Shown here: one piece after another, positions 18,074 through 18,381 of the stretch
Numbering within the stretch: position 1 is the first letter of the stretch
Layout: every line of letters begins with the position of its first letter
Assembly: GCA_963977445.1 (NCBI GenBank)
Contig: CAXBPH010000129.1
Location: forward strand, 1 to 18,381
DNA: 18,381 nucleotides
DNA from: an uncultured bacterium
Lineage (GTDB): Bacteria; Hydrogenedentota; Hydrogenedentia; Hydrogenedentales; JAEUWI01
Direction: 5' to 3'
The notes under the pieces: generated by a model
What the model saw: the letters and a program-made list of their open reading frames with translations, nothing else
Databases searched by the model: none
Told to the model about the DNA's origin: nothing
Position numbers and translations under genes: made by a program

Positions 18074-18221
18074 AGGACCTGTTCGCTACATACCTATTAC
18101 TATTTCTCGCCGTAAAGCCTATAAACAAAGGGTATCATGAACAAGACCAGATAGCAAGCTTCGCGTCTATAACCGCTTTTACGCCCCAAAACGGTTACTA
18201 TAACCGGAACGATTTCGTGGA

Positions 18222-18264
18222 CAAAAAGGAAGCGCGACCGGTCCTTTAAAAACCAGTCGCGCTT
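18222..18264 (-). terminator. Probable minus-strand intrinsic terminator
   Basis: Minus strand AAGCGCGACTGGT-TTTTAAAGG-ACCGGTCGCGCTT (one G-U) followed by CCTTTTTG. Confidence 0.6.
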
Positions 18265-18289
18265 ACAATTATCTGATGGTTGTCACGCG

Positions 18290-18381
18290 TTAGTGCTCGG
18301 TCGCTTGGATTCCCCTGCTCTCCAAACGTTTACGAGATGCAGCAATTGCCTTTTCTCGTTGTGACTCCGTTCTGCCCTTTG
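18290..18381 (-). CDS. Possible C-terminal end of a gene entering from the right edge (product unknown)
   Basis: Open minus frame ..KGRTESQREKAIAASRKRLESRGIQATEH* with TAA at 18292-18290, followed about 25 nt later by a terminator-like hairpin. Confidence 0.4.
   Translation of the reverse strand, partial: KGRTESQREKAIAASRKRLESRGIQATEH

Larger units (their letters stand above)
18074..18381. mobile_element. Probable end of an integrative element/genomic island continuing beyond the right edge
   Basis: Lies on the 5' side of the displaced tRNA 3' fragment; visibly more AT-rich; arm-like repeats at 18167-18206. No integrase is visible in the window. Confidence 0.6.

Noticed and set aside
18029..18110. 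Intact, permuted or intron-split tRNA-Val
   Set aside because: No D-arm or 5' acceptor strand (GGGCGAT) on either flank, the anticodon stem cannot pair, and no intron-like 3' terminal G precedes the loop.

Overview
Bacterial chromosomal window of moderately high GC. The gene content (a PSCyt1/DUF1549/DUF1553 + DUF1501 pair, a beta-propeller hybrid kinase) is typical of PVC-group, Acidobacteria or Hydrogenedentes-like organisms; this taxonomy is inference only. Left to right: propeller-type hybrid sensor kinase; cytochrome-c/DUF1549/DUF1553 + DUF1501 module; a REP-like ~54-bp repeat cluster; a YdcF/DUF218 gene; argH; a REC-GAF-HD-GYP phosphodiesterase; a translationally coupled minus-strand pair of a very small (129 aa) PD-(D/E)XK nuclease and a Dam-family adenine methyltransferase; a sigma54-driven amt-PII nitrogen locus; a single-domain response regulator; a secreted BNR-type propeller protein with lyase-like catalytic spacing; and, at the right end, the 3' half only of a tRNA-Val(TAC). 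The tRNA fragment is broken at the anticodon loop and flanked on both sides by related short repeats, consistent with an integration (att) junction. The best candidates for something new are the minimal nuclease-Dam pair (with a GATC inside its predicted promoter), the attP-like tRNA-Val junction and the orphan PL42/PL25-like propeller enzyme. All calls were made by eye without searches, and several start codons were re-assigned from RBS context.
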